From positions 10,600 through 74,599 of the forward strand of contig JAHISJ010000023.1 in the NCBI GenBank assembly GCA_018818205.1: a stretch of 64,000 bases of DNA. Direction: 5' to 3'. The first letter of the stretch is position 1. Each line of letters opens with the position of its first letter. The notes below the pieces were generated by a model. The model ran no database searches and was not told where the DNA came from. It worked only from the letters and a program-made list of their open reading frames with translations. This document shows positions 20,010 to 30,249 of this stretch, one piece after another. A program made the translations under genes and the position numbers. The DNA is from Patescibacteria group bacterium (GTDB lineage: Bacteria; Patescibacteriota; JABMPQ01; JAHIRA01).

Positions 20010-22175
20010 ATGGTTGAACAGCAATCAAAAAAAGAACAAAAAGCCCCTTCAAACGAAGCGTTTGCCGATCTTATTGAAAGCAATCCTCGTTTTTCAGAAG
20101 GAAAAGATGATGAGCAAGTGCAGTTTATCATTGAGGCTCTAGACATGGTTTCAGATGATGTCCTTTCACCAAAAGAGGGGCAAGAACCAAAGAGCCCCGC
20201 GGAAGTACTCGCAGCGTATCAGCTCATTTTTAATAAGGTGGTAGAGAGTCCACAGCATGAAGCGTTTTTGAGTAGCGGGATCTCTGGAAATGCAGTCTAT
20301 CAAATTAAAGAGGCTCCACCTCATTATGCCAAAGCACTCCAATCACTTGAAGATAGAATAGAAGATCAAAGGAGACTTATGATTGCGCTTAGAACCGGTC
20401 AAGATTCCTCAGAATATGACAAAACCACAGCAACGCATAATCTAAAAGTGATTGTTAAAAACCTACGTACCCGAGCACATGCCAAGCAGCCTAAAGATCG
20501 TATACAAGCAGATTCTTACGAGGTTGTGCTTGAACGTGAATTAGTAGCGAAACAGTTGGAAGATGCGGGGTATGTAGAGGCTCTAGATGATTCACTCTCC
20601 GTGAATGTACAAAAGTCACCATATGAGTATACTGTTCCCGTCGCTGAGTTAAACGATCTTCGCCTGGAAGAAGAGATTTTGGAGACGGCTGAAAGTAGGC
20701 AAAAAAAGACTACAACTGATGAGGAGTGGGACTTAGTTATGGATAATGCTGAGGCGGTGAAAAGAAAAGAGAAACTGCAAGAAAAGAGTGATGAACTTAA
20801 GACTGAGGGCCTTTCTGAGAATGAGCAAAAACAGTTAGAATCTGAAACTCGATATCTTGAGTATCTTATGGCACTCGAGGACGCGCGAGTAGAAGGAAAC
20901 AAGACACGAGTGCTTGCCCGTAAGTATGAAGCGAAGCGTGCTCCAATAAGATTTGAAGCGGATACGCGAATGGCCCGGCGTAAAGAAGCGGAAGAGGAAG
21001 TTCACAAAGTTATCCCCGGCAAGCAAGCTGAGAGAGAAGACTTTGGAGGAGAAGAAGCGGATGCCGAGAAAAAAAAGCGAGAAGCTGAGAGTGATGAAAC
21101 ACTAACAATGCAGAGCCAGGATGCGTTAAAGCCAATCCGGGAACATGTAGAAGGTGTGTATTCACGTGCAGAAAAATTTGCGCTGGCAACGGAGCACTTG
21201 ATTAATCAGGGTATGTATGAGGAGGTAACGTTTACTGAAGATGTACCCATGTTAGATAGAGAAGGAAATAGTGTTTTGGGAGCGGAGGGTAAAGAACTTA
21301 CCAAGCAGGAAAAAAGAGTGGAGCAAGCATATAAAGTTGAGCTAACCCCAGATGAAATTAAAACAATGATTGATTCATTGTCAAGACTCAGGGAGCGCAT
21401 GGTAAATGAGAAGGTGCGGGCAGAAGCGGGACTGGAATCATCAGTAGGTATTGTCGAACTTAATTCAGCGTATACCTTTGCAACAATGAATTTGGAGACA
21501 TCTCTTGGGAGAGTTGAGTCTCGACTCAAAAACCTACGACAAGAACTTGGAGCTTTAGAAGAAATCAAAAAGCTTGAATCAGGTGAGAAGGCGCTAGCCT
21601 ACGTACATCCAGAAATTTACCGGGAACTTCACGGCAAAGTAGAACGGCTTGTAAATTTTGATGAACTAAAAGAACATTTTGCTGAGCGTCATGCAGAATT
21701 AGCAAAGCGACTGGGCAAAAAATCACTTGAATCGTTTGGCGATGCATTCATTTTTGAAGAAGTGAAAAAGGATTTACTTAAAGAATCCAGAGAGCTCAAG
21801 CATGAGCTTGGAAGGATGCATATGGAAGTAGGAAGTTTAGAAAATGATAATAATGATGTTGATGATGAGTTACAATCATATGGAATTCAAGATGAGCCAG
21901 GATTACTCATAAACGTGTGGAGAAGATTCACAAAAGCCGATAAAGGAAGGAAGGAAACGCTTGCTCAAAAAAGAGAGGCTTTGCTTAAAGTAAAGCAAAA
22001 AAATACAGAAAAAATAAACATGATACGTTCACAAGCAGGTGAAGTTGCAGAAAAGGTAGCAATAAATATTGTAACGAGAACCGTAATAGAAGAAAAACTG
22101 AAGGTGCTCAAAGCCACAGGTGAGAGAAGTGAACAACGTAAACTGGGCAGTCTCTTTAAGCCAATAGAAGCCTAA
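20010..22175 (+). CDS. Large acidic coiled-coil hypothetical protein
   Basis: 721-aa ORF, Glu/Lys/Arg-rich heptads, no signal peptide; TGgTACAAT at 19975-19983. Confidence 0.8.
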   Translation: MVEQQSKKEQKAPSNEAFADLIESNPRFSEGKDDEQVQFIIEALDMVSDDVLSPKEGQEPKSPAEVLAAYQLIFNKVVESPQHEAFLSSGISGNAVYQIKEAPPHYAKALQSLEDRIEDQRRLMIALRTGQDSSEYDKTTATHNLKVIVKNLRTRAHAKQPKDRIQADSYEVVLERELVAKQLEDAGYVEALDDSLSVNVQKSPYEYTVPVAELNDLRLEEEILETAESRQKKTTTDEEWDLVMDNAEAVKRKEKLQEKSDELKTEGLSENEQKQLESETRYLEYLMALEDARVEGNKTRVLARKYEAKRAPIRFEADTRMARRKEAEEEVHKVIPGKQAEREDFGGEEADAEKKKREAESDETLTMQSQDALKPIREHVEGVYSRAEKFALATEHLINQGMYEEVTFTEDVPMLDREGNSVLGAEGKELTKQEKRVEQAYKVELTPDEIKTMIDSLSRLRERMVNEKVRAEAGLESSVGIVELNSAYTFATMNLETSLGRVESRLKNLRQELGALEEIKKLESGEKALAYVHPEIYRELHGKVERLVNFDELKEHFAERHAELAKRLGKKSLESFGDAFIFEEVKKDLLKESRELKHELGRMHMEVGSLENDNNDVDDELQSYGIQDEPGLLINVWRRFTKADKGRKETLAQKREALLKVKQKNTEKINMIRSQAGEVAEKVAINIVTRTVIEEKLKVLKATGERSEQRKLGSLFKPIEA

Positions 22176-22183
22176 AAACAAAC

Positions 22184-22215
22184 AAAAAAAGCGCTTAGAA
22201 TTCATTCTAGCGCTT
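22184..22215 (-). terminator. Terminator overlapping the stop of the antisense gene
   Basis: Minus strand AAGCGCTAGAA-tgaa-TTCTAAGCGCTT followed by TTTTTGTTTG. Confidence 0.65.
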
Positions 22216-22753
22216 CATTAACGAGGTCATCGAGCTCAACTCGAGTACCGTTTTTAATATCAAAAACAATTTTTTCAGGAACGTATTTTTCTGACCCAAT
22301 AAGCATCAAAAGGTCTCTTGGAGGCTTTTTTATGATATGAAGTTTCAGTAGCACCTCATTTTGAGGATCTAGCGAAAGCATATAATCTGTATCTTTGGGT
22401 GGAAGTGCTTCAAAAAAGACGTTTATTGGACTTAAAAGATCCCCACCTCCAAATTGTAACAAGTGGATAGCGCTAAGTGGGCTTTGTACTACGCCCCCTT
22501 GATTTGATGAAAGTCGTAAAATAACATACCCATCACTATCATTGCCGGCATACTTAATGACGCAATGTTGAAAGAAGATGATCGATAATGCCTTTCTTTC
22601 TTCCTTAGAAAAATAAGGTTTAATCCACCAGGGTTTAAAAAAACCAATGGTGCGTGCAATCCAGAGCCAGATCTTCCAAAGAATCCGGTTCCTTTTCATA
22701 ATTTTGTTCCAATTCTGAAATGAATCGGTGTAGTGTTTTGGCATTTCAGCCAT
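22202..22753 (-). CDS. Hypothetical protein (SD-led antisense orphan)
   Basis: AGGAGG 4 nt before ATG 22753 (alternative 22756). Confidence 0.7.
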   Translation of the reverse strand: MAEMPKHYTDSFQNWNKIMKRNRILWKIWLWIARTIGFFKPWWIKPYFSKEERKALSIIFFQHCVIKYAGNDSDGYVILRLSSNQGGVVQSPLSAIHLLQFGGGDLLSPINVFFEALPPKDTDYMLSLDPQNEVLLKLHIIKKPPRDLLMLIGSEKYVPEKIVFDIKNGTRVELDDLVNEALE

Positions 22754-22783
22754 CATTCCTCCTAATGCAATTTTCAGCTTGTA

Positions 22784-22812
22784 ACTATACCGTTTTTTTG
22801 GTATTGTGTCTA
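22784..22812 (-). promoter_or_regulatory. sigma70-type promoter
   Basis: Minus strand TAGACA-17 nt-TATAGT. Confidence 0.6.
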
Positions 22813-22841
22813 GAGCAATTTACAAAAAGTAATATAAGTCT

Positions 22842-23534
22842 ATGAATGCTAAAGTATGGATTGTCATTATTATTGCAGTCGTGCTTGCAGGTGCACTGTG
22901 TGGTTCTGCTGTCTATTTCTGGCAGGGCAATACATGTCGGGTAGAAAAAAATGAGCTTATAGGTCAAATGCAAGATCTAAATGCTGATGTTCACGCATGT
23001 GAAAAAGAGATAGATGAGGTAGCGATGATTCCAAAGAAAATGGATGATGTAAAAGTAGATGAACCAGCCTACAAAGACATTACGGTTATGGGTGGCTATA
23101 CCGCAGAGGTCCCAGACACCTGGAGCGTAACCACTATTAGTGAGAGTATAGGCGAGAATTCTCTCCCTGACTTACCTACTCAGGCAATCAGTCCTAGCGA
23201 TGTAAGTTTTGGTGATATTCATGCCGGTCAAGTTGACTTTTTCTACGCGCAAAATGACATTGTAGATACATTAATAGAAGAAGAGAAGAATCAAGACGAC
23301 TCAGTAAAAACGACGTGGACTACAGAAGACATTGCTGGGTTTGAAGCGCAGGTTGTTGAATATGACCCCAACTCGGACATAAAAGGTGCTGGGAGTAAAA
23401 AATATTTTGTTACATTAGATGGCGTTGATGTTTCTGGGTTTGATGTTAAAACTATGATGATGTATGTTCATGGAGATGATGATCCAGAATATCAAGCTGA
23501 GCTAGAAAAGTTTTTTCAAAGCATTACCAAATAG
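22842..23534 (+). CDS. N-terminally anchored surface protein (PsbP-like fold possible)
   Basis: N-terminal TM, short coiled coil, YTAEVPDTW and C-terminal EKFFQSI pattern. Confidence 0.6.
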   Translation: MNAKVWIVIIIAVVLAGALCGSAVYFWQGNTCRVEKNELIGQMQDLNADVHACEKEIDEVAMIPKKMDDVKVDEPAYKDITVMGGYTAEVPDTWSVTTISESIGENSLPDLPTQAISPSDVSFGDIHAGQVDFFYAQNDIVDTLIEEEKNQDDSVKTTWTTEDIAGFEAQVVEYDPNSDIKGAGSKKYFVTLDGVDVSGFDVKTMMMYVHGDDDPEYQAELEKFFQSITK

Positions 23535-23680
23535 CACAGCGTTCTTGCTGATATTTAGGGAGTAGCTTTCCACTTGTCTGTTTTGGTGAGTCATGTTTTA
23601 ATGTAAGAAACAAACTTGCGTATGCGCAAGGTATGTTTGGATTACTTATTATATTTAAATACAATTTGAGGATCAAATAA

Positions 23681-25771
23681 ATGCCTAGAGAGTATTCACT
23701 AGAGAAAACCAGAAATATTGGAATTATCGCACACATCGATGCCGGTAAAACTACCGTAACCGAGCGTATTTTGTTCTACACGGGGATTTCACATAAAATT
23801 GGTGAGGTCCATGAGGGTGAAGCAGTTATGGACTGGATGGAGCAGGAACGTGAGAGAGGAATCACTATCACCTCAGCTGCAACAACGTGTTTTTGGAAGG
23901 ATCATAGAATCAATATTATTGATACCCCCGGACATGTTGACTTTACCGTAGAAGTTGAGCGGTCACTTCGTGTACTCGATGGCGGTGTGGTGGTTTTTGA
24001 TGGTGTCGCAGGCGTTGAACCGCAGTCAGAAACGGTATGGCATCAGGCCGATAAATACAAGGTTCCTCGTATTTGTTTTATCAATAAAATGGACAGAACC
24101 GGCGCCGATTTTTTTGCAGCGCTTGATTCTATTCATGAGAGACTTTCAAAAAGTGCAGTACCGATTCAGCTTCCCATTGGCGCAGAAGATCAGTTTGGTG
24201 GGGTGATTGACCTTATCAATGAGAAGAAATTGGTTTTTGAGGGGGAAATGGGTGCGATAATAAAAGAAGAAGAAGTCCCGGAAGACATGAAGGATCAAGT
24301 AAAAGAGTACCGGGACAAAATGGTAGAAAAGATTGTTGAGCAAGATGAAGCACTCATGGAGAAGTATCTTGAAGGAACTGAGGTAACACCAGAGGAGCTT
24401 ATAGAAGCACTAAGAAAAGGCGTTCTCTCGCTTGATATTATTCCTGTTATGTGCGGAACTGCGCTTAAAAATCAAGGTGTTCAACCGGTTTTGGATATGG
24501 TTATTAAACTGTTGCCGTCCCCGCTCGATGTACCTCCAGTTAAGGGCGAAGATCCAAAAGATCCGGAAAAAGAACTTGAGAGAAAAGCAGATGATAACGA
24601 GCCATTCGCTGGCCTCGCGTTTAAGGTTGCATCCGATCCATATGTGGGCAAACTTGTCTTCTTTAGAGTCTACTCAGGCATGCTTTCCTCTGGATCATAT
24701 GTTCTAAACAGCGCTACCGGAAACAAAGAGCGTGTTGGAAGAATCGTACGTATGCATGCAGATAAAAGAGAAGAAGTGACAGAAATGTACGCGGGTGATA
24801 TTGCAGCAATCGTAGGGCTTAAAGACACTACAACCGGTGACACATTATGTGATCAGGATAGTCCAATAATTCTTGAAAAAATAACCTTTCCAGAACCCGT
24901 TATCTCTATTGCCATTGAGCCAAAAACTAAAGCGGATCAAGAAAAGATGGGTAACGCGCTCAAAACACTTTCAGAAGAGGATCCAACATTTAGGGTCAGG
25001 TCAGATGAAGAGACTGGACAAACAATCATTGCCGGTATGGGAGAACTCCATCTGGATATCATTGTTGACAGAATGAGCAGAGAGTTTAAAGTTGAAGCAA
25101 ATATCGGAAAGCCTCAGGTTGCTTACAGAGAAACAATAAAGAAAAGTTCAGAAGCGGAAGGAAAGTACATCAAGCAGTCCGGTGGTCGTGGGCAATATGG
25201 CCATGTGTGGCTGAGAGTTGAGCCAAATGAGGTCGGTAAAGGATTTGAATTTGGAAATGAGATAAAAGGTGGTGCAATCCCACAGGAGTTTATTCCTCCG
25301 GTCGAGAAGGGTGTTAGAGAAACACTAGATAACGGTGTTCTCGCTGGGTATCCACTCGTAGACATCAAGGCAACGCTTTTTGATGGTTCGTTCCATGATG
25401 TTGACTCGTCCGAGGCAGCATTTAAAATCGCCGGTTCCATGGCGCTTAAAGCAGGCTGTCTTAAAGCAGATCCTGTTATACTCGAGCCGGTTATGAAAGT
25501 CGAGGTATTAACCCCAGAAACGTACATGGGTGATATCGTTGGCGACTTAAACTCCAAGCGCGCAAAAATTGACGAGATGACTGACAGAGGTCAAATGAAG
25601 GTCGTTAAGTGTATGGTGCCGCTTGCATCAATGTTTGGATATGCAACGTCACTCAGATCTATGACCCAAGGCCGTGGAAGCTATATCATGGAGTTTGATC
25701 ATTATGAAGAGGTGCCAAAGAACGTCGCAAAAGAGATCATCGAAGTTAAAACCGGCGTAGCTGCAAAATAA
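23681..25771 (+). CDS. fusA: Elongation factor G
   Basis: [20 protein letters not shown] and NKMD motifs. Confidence 0.99.
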   Translation: MPREYSLEKTRNIGIIAHIDAGKTTVTERILFYTGISHKIGEVHEGEAVMDWMEQERERGITITSAATTCFWKDHRINIIDTPGHVDFTVEVERSLRVLDGGVVVFDGVAGVEPQSETVWHQADKYKVPRICFINKMDRTGADFFAALDSIHERLSKSAVPIQLPIGAEDQFGGVIDLINEKKLVFEGEMGAIIKEEEVPEDMKDQVKEYRDKMVEKIVEQDEALMEKYLEGTEVTPEELIEALRKGVLSLDIIPVMCGTALKNQGVQPVLDMVIKLLPSPLDVPPVKGEDPKDPEKELERKADDNEPFAGLAFKVASDPYVGKLVFFRVYSGMLSSGSYVLNSATGNKERVGRIVRMHADKREEVTEMYAGDIAAIVGLKDTTTGDTLCDQDSPIILEKITFPEPVISIAIEPKTKADQEKMGNALKTLSEEDPTFRVRSDEETGQTIIAGMGELHLDIIVDRMSREFKVEANIGKPQVAYRETIKKSSEAEGKYIKQSGGRGQYGHVWLRVEPNEVGKGFEFGNEIKGGAIPQEFIPPVEKGVRETLDNGVLAGYPLVDIKATLFDGSFHDVDSSEAAFKIAGSMALKAGCLKADPVILEPVMKVEVLTPETYMGDIVGDLNSKRAKIDEMTDRGQMKVVKCMVPLASMFGYATSLRSMTQGRGSYIMEFDHYEEVPKNVAKEIIEVKTGVAAK

Positions 25772-25786
25772 AACCATTTGATCTCT

Positions 25787-25813
25787 ACGTAGGGGCGCCC
25801 CTTGTGGGCGCCC
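25787..25813 (+). repeat. GTAG-family REP copy 1 (also a likely fusA terminator)
   Basis: acGTAGGGGCGCCCcttgtGGGCGCCC followed by a T run. Confidence 0.8.
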
Positions 25814-25880
25814 TTTTTTTGTGCACGCAAAATCCCATAAAAACAATATATACGGGCGGAATTCATGCTATTTAAATCAC

Positions 25881-26315
25881 TCAATCTTTCTCAAACATCT
25901 CCAAAAACTCCACATACCCCTCTTTCTCCAAATCCTCTTTAGAAATAAATCGCAAAGCTGCAGAATTAACACAATAGCGCTTACCGTCTGGTTCTGGCCC
26001 ATCATCAAATACATGCCCCAAATGCGAGGCACCTTTTTTACTTTTCACTTCTGTTCGCTCCATACCGAGCTTCGTATCTTTTTTTTCGATAGCACATTCG
26101 CTACTTACCGTCTGAGAAAAACTGGGCCAACCGGTTCCAGAATCAAACTTATCTTTTGAACTAAATAATGGTTCACCGGTAGCCACATCAACATAAATAC
26201 CTTCTTGCTTGTTGTCCCAGTATTCATTGTTAAATGCAGGCTCCGTGCCTTCTTCCTGTGTCACTGAGTATTGGAGGGGAGTCAACTTCTTTCTTAAATC
26301 TTTTTTGTCATTCAT
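25881..26315 (-). CDS. msrB: Peptide-methionine (R)-S-oxide reductase
   Basis: [21 protein letters not shown] and RYCVNSAAL motifs. Confidence 0.97.
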   Translation of the reverse strand: MNDKKDLRKKLTPLQYSVTQEEGTEPAFNNEYWDNKQEGIYVDVATGEPLFSSKDKFDSGTGWPSFSQTVSSECAIEKKDTKLGMERTEVKSKKGASHLGHVFDDGPEPDGKRYCVNSAALRFISKEDLEKEGYVEFLEMFEKD

Positions 26316-26832
26316 GGCTTTTAATATATTCCTCTCTCCCTGATCCTTTTTTATATGCTAAATAGTGCTCTTGCCTCTTTTTGTAGTAATCTTGATGTTC
26401 TTCCTCAGCTTCATAAAACGGTTTTTCGGGAAGAATCTTTGTGACAATCGGACTATCATATTTACTTGAGCGTTCTAAATCGGCTTTAGATTCTTTTGCA
26501 TACTTTTTTTGTTCATCGTCAGTGTAAAAGATTACCGTCTCATACTGCGAGCCTCTATCAGCAAATTGCCCTCCTTTGTCAGTCGGATTAATGTTTCCCC
26601 AAAAACGATTCAGTAGTTCAGGATACATTATAACTTCTGGGTCGTAGATCACTTTAGTTGCTTCAATATGCCCGGTAGTTCCAGTGGAAACTTCTTCATA
26701 CGTTGGATTTTCTGTATTGCCACCGGTATACCCATTTATAGCTTCAATAACGCCATCAAGCTCTTCCATAGCGGCTTCAATACACCAAAAGCAGCCTCCG
26801 GCGAAGATTGCGTGTTTGTAGTTGTCTTTCAT
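26308..26832 (-). CDS. msrA: Peptide-methionine (S)-S-oxide reductase
   Basis: [13 protein letters not shown] and AEEEHQDYY motifs; TGgTAAAAT 6 nt before ATG suggests a leaderless mRNA. Confidence 0.97.
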   Translation of the reverse strand: MKDNYKHAIFAGGCFWCIEAAMEELDGVIEAINGYTGGNTENPTYEEVSTGTTGHIEATKVIYDPEVIMYPELLNRFWGNINPTDKGGQFADRGSQYETVIFYTDDEQKKYAKESKADLERSSKYDSPIVTKILPEKPFYEAEEEHQDYYKKRQEHYLAYKKGSGREEYIKSHE

Positions 26833-26880
26833 GTAACAATTTTACCATATCTACACGTACATGCATATTTGCACAAAACA

Positions 26881-26917
26881 CCACGTAGGGGCGCCCCTTG
26901 TGGGCGCCCCTACGTGG
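26881..26917. repeat. GTAG-family REP copy 2 (full palindrome)
   Basis: CCACGTAGGGGCGCCC-cttgt-GGGCGCCCCTACGTGG, a 16-bp perfect stem; 27 bp identical to copy 1. Confidence 0.85.
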
Positions 26918-26966
26918 GGATGTTGTAGGCACAGTATAATAATGCTTTTTGATAAATATTTTTAAC

Positions 26967-26996
26967 TGTCATCCCCGTGGAGGCGGGGATCCATCT
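26967..26996 (+). repeat. GTCA-family (dRS3-like) REP, left arm
   Basis: TGTCATCCCCGTGGAGGCGGGGATCCATCT. Confidence 0.8.
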
Positions 26997-27018
26997 GCTT
27001 GTTGTGAATATTGGTGGT

Positions 27019-27047
27019 TTGACAGTACGATGTAAAATAGATATACT
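27019..27047 (+). promoter_or_regulatory. Near-consensus sigma70 promoter
   Basis: TTGACA-17 nt-TATACT; downstream hairpin at about 27074-27103. Confidence 0.7.
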
Positions 27048-27117
27048 TACGTAGCAAAATTACATAAAAAACAAAAATAAGCAGCGCTGGCGCTGTTTGT
27101 TTTATTTGATACTAATA

Positions 27118-28308
27118 ATGAACAAAACACGCGAAACATTTGGAGAAATTCTAATTATTTTAAGCTCAGCTTTAGTAGGATTGTCTTTTCAAGAAAATAA
27201 AATCCTTGCCATCTTTTTTTTGATTGCATTGATTTTTGGTTTATATTTGAAGGTCTTTTATAACAAAATAAATACATGCTTAGCTTCTCTTCGAAGGAGA
27301 ACAGACAAATCAATTGTTGTTGGAATCTTGAATGAAATTGATTGGAGCGAATTTAGTAAATTTGGAAGAAGCTGGTCTCCTTATTCCTATGAAGATTGGA
27401 AGGAAGGATTTGAAAGAAGGAATACAATTGTAAAACCGATTAACAAAATAACAGCTTTTCGTCTTAATCGTTGTGATATAGTTTTAAATCCATATAGTGG
27501 CGTATACCCCGAAAGTGATGCAGAATCATTGGAGAGCTTACATCTATTTTTTGATTATGTCTCTCGTGGTGGTGTATTTGTGAACGTTGGTGATATTCCC
27601 GGATATTATGAATACAGCAAACCCCTATATAAACCATACAATTCAGTGCTTATGCAAAATGGAAGATACGAAGTTAATCATGCTCCGTTTGTAAATAATT
27701 TAAAGATTAGAGTCCATCTTGTGGGCGAGAACGATCAATTTATAGTGCCTAGAGATAGTAATGACTATGAAGTAGAGCGATATATTGTGGTAAAAGAGGG
27801 AAAAGAACAGCAGGATTGTATTAGTGAAAACTATATCCCATGGGGGGAAGGTTGTTATGAAAGAAAAAAATATGATTTAGGTGTAAAAGAATTTCCTGAA
27901 GGAGAATATTCTTCTTGTTTTAGAAAAAAATATGGAGAGGGTTCTTTTATTATTTCATTAATGCATATGGGAAAAGCAGAACAAAAAGATGATGAGGATG
28001 CCAAAGATAAGCATCCAAACAAAAGTGTAAAAAATATTCTTATTATAAATGCCATTAGGAGTGTTATATCAAAAGAAAAAAATTTCTTTGGTAGTATTTA
28101 TCGTTATATTAAAGGTAAGATTAGTATTATATTTAAACATATAGGTATAGTCTCATTTTTTGGCAAGATGGCTTTTTTAGTAGTGATTACATGGCTCATT
28201 ATAGTAACATTTGTATTATTTTATTTTAGGTTTTATCAGTGTCCATATCAAAAAAATGGCAAAGAAAACAATTATTATATTGATTCAGTCACAATCAAGA
28301 TCAGGTAA
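27118..28308 (+). CDS. AT-rich hypothetical membrane protein (2 N-terminal TM, possible GATase-I-like domain, C-terminal TM)
   Basis: ATG 27118; DIVLNPY..YP, YVSRGGVFV and YGEGSFI motifs are reminiscent of a class-I GATase-like fold (inference). Confidence 0.6.
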   Translation: MNKTRETFGEILIILSSALVGLSFQENKILAIFFLIALIFGLYLKVFYNKINTCLASLRRRTDKSIVVGILNEIDWSEFSKFGRSWSPYSYEDWKEGFERRNTIVKPINKITAFRLNRCDIVLNPYSGVYPESDAESLESLHLFFDYVSRGGVFVNVGDIPGYYEYSKPLYKPYNSVLMQNGRYEVNHAPFVNNLKIRVHLVGENDQFIVPRDSNDYEVERYIVVKEGKEQQDCISENYIPWGEGCYERKKYDLGVKEFPEGEYSSCFRKKYGEGSFIISLMHMGKAEQKDDEDAKDKHPNKSVKNILIINAIRSVISKEKNFFGSIYRYIKGKISIIFKHIGIVSFFGKMAFLVVITWLIIVTFVLFYFRFYQCPYQKNGKENNYYIDSVTIKIR

Positions 28309-28321
28309 TTTTGATTTGAGA

Positions 28322-28351
28322 AGATGGATCCCCGCCTCCACAGGGATGACA
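28322..28351 (-). repeat. GTCA-family (dRS3-like) REP, right arm
   Basis: Reverse complement TGTCATCCCTGTGGAGGCGGGGATCCATCT matches 26967-26996 at 29 of 30 positions. Confidence 0.8.
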
Positions 28352-28413
28352 AAAACAAAGACAATCATAAATGAATCGTACCCGACTGCATGGTCATTCC
28401 ATATTCACAATAC

Positions 28414-28445
28414 AAAAAACCCTCCACGCATACATGCACGGAGGG
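28414..28445 (-). terminator. Terminator of the 590-aa antisense gene
   Basis: Minus strand CCCTCCGTGCAT-gt-ATGCGTGGAGGG followed by TTTTTT. Confidence 0.7.
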
Positions 28446-28476
28446 GATCTCGTTTTTAGCATTAATCTGAAAAAAA

Positions 28477-30249
28477 TCAGAAGGTGTAGAAGACGTTTAA
28501 GGAAAAGTAGGTAAGTTTCAAAGTGGCAAGAGGATTAGGATTCTCCAGGCTATAGTAGGTGTACATGCCTGGTTTCCATTTGAGCGAAAACCCAAATGTG
28601 CTCGGTCTCATATCAAACTTCTCAGAAAGATACCATCCTCCTCGCAGTTCAACATAGATGCCGTGCAAGGAATGCCCCATGGCTTGTGTCACAGACAGAT
28701 TATAATATTTTACTGTCTTTGATATGCCATAAAGGTTAGTATGCCATCCCATTGCGGCAACAAAGAAGAAGTCTGATTTATGTCGTTTGCCACTAAGGTA
28801 AAAATCCATGCCAAAGAGAATGTGCAAATCGAACCCATTTGGATTAAACATATTCATTCCAACGGTCACTTCAAGCGATCCACCAATAGGAGCAATTTTT
28901 CCTTTAACCCGTGTTATTCCACCAATAGTAAGGGAAGATTTCCTGGAAATCTTTGCAAAGTCAGTTGTAAATCCAAGCGTGGGCCCAAACTGTACAATGA
29001 CATTGCGGCTGGATTTCTTTTTTGAAGTCACTTTTCTCCATGTCACTTTCTTTGTTAGTGGCCATGGTGGCGGGTATCTGTTATACAGCTTTTCAGCAAT
29101 TTTTCTACCAGTTGGAAGTGGGTTTTTAACGAATTTTTTTCTACCTACTTTACTTAAAAAGCTTTTAACATGGCTTACAACACCGCCTCCAAATACTTGA
29201 TGACTAAGGCCAAGTTTGTAAACTATTTTTTGGTAGTCCTCTCTTCTTCTTGGGTAGGTTCCTGAGAAGGAAATTCCACCAGACAAACCTGAATGCGATC
29301 CAGTTGAGCTGAGTGTGCGCCTAACCTCGATACCATATGAGGCACCAAATCTTTTATCTGGCACACAAGATATCAAAAGGAAAAGCGGTATGTTTTTCTT
29401 GGAACATTCCGTATAAAACTTTCGAACTTCTGGATTACTTTTGTCAAAGCGACTTTGGCTATCCGAAGTCGCACGTATAGAAAGAGTAGATTGTATTTTA
29501 ACAACTGCACCAAGATTAAGCGATTCTTTAAGTGAAACAACAATAGCATCTCGAACGAGCTTACAAAATCGTCCCTTCATCTCATATGTACCAATGCCAA
29601 TCAGCTTTGTCACAGTTCGTGCAGCAGGCTTCCAAGGCAATGGATACCGCTTACGCAGAATATCTGCAACTTTTTTTGGCCAGGTAGTATTATTCTTCTT
29701 CCAAAGCTGTGCACGATTACTTTTGGCATAATACGCATTAATCTTGTATTGAAGTGAATCACTTTCGAAGCCAACCCCATATAATTGTACAAGCTTTAAG
29801 TAAGGGTCGTTATAATTCAAAGAAAACGTAATACCGCCTCCATTGTACGCACGAAGCCCGGTATTATTTACAGGATGATAATTTTGAATAACTTGTACAA
29901 ATTCGTAGTAGAAATGAACTGTACTTTGGCTATAAGGGGTACATCCAAGTAACAAGAAAAGCTTAACTTTCTTTTTTATAGCTTCTTTGTGAAACTTCTT
30001 TACAACATTGGGAGCAATCTTGTTATAATCAGGCACCAAACTTTTTGTCGTGTGACTAAGCGTAAGGTATGAATTGAATCTCACTACCGATCCCTTTTTA
30101 AGCATCGCTTTAAGTGATTCAACAACCAAGTCGCGACTCAGTTTGCACAATGTGCCCTTCATCGCATAACCACCAACGCCAATAACGGCGCTTCCAAATA
30201 CATTCTGTGGCAGCAGCAAAAGCGCTACCAAAAACAACATTTTTCTCAC
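28477..30249 (-). CDS. Secreted basic protein with two tandem ~185-aa domains and a C-terminal beta-barrel-like region
   Basis: Sec signal MRKMLFLVALLLLPQNVFG; internal duplication; C-terminus YFSLNVFYTF; AAGGAGG 5 nt before GTG. Confidence 0.75.
   Translation of the reverse strand: MRKMLFLVALLLLPQNVFGSAVIGVGGYAMKGTLCKLSRDLVVESLKAMLKKGSVVRFNSYLTLSHTTKSLVPDYNKIAPNVVKKFHKEAIKKKVKLFLLLGCTPYSQSTVHFYYEFVQVIQNYHPVNNTGLRAYNGGGITFSLNYNDPYLKLVQLYGVGFESDSLQYKINAYYAKSNRAQLWKKNNTTWPKKVADILRKRYPLPWKPAARTVTKLIGIGTYEMKGRFCKLVRDAIVVSLKESLNLGAVVKIQSTLSIRATSDSQSRFDKSNPEVRKFYTECSKKNIPLFLLISCVPDKRFGASYGIEVRRTLSSTGSHSGLSGGISFSGTYPRRREDYQKIVYKLGLSHQVFGGGVVSHVKSFLSKVGRKKFVKNPLPTGRKIAEKLYNRYPPPWPLTKKVTWRKVTSKKKSSRNVIVQFGPTLGFTTDFAKISRKSSLTIGGITRVKGKIAPIGGSLEVTVGMNMFNPNGFDLHILFGMDFYLSGKRHKSDFFFVAAMGWHTNLYGISKTVKYYNLSVTQAMGHSLHGIYVELRGGWYLSEKFDMRPSTFGFSLKWKPGMYTYYSLENPNPLATLKLTYFSLNVFYTF

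Noticed and set aside
23611-23639. Palindrome CTTGCGTATGCGCAAG upstream of fusA as an operator
   Set aside because: Single occurrence with no second site or clear promoter; cannot be supported.
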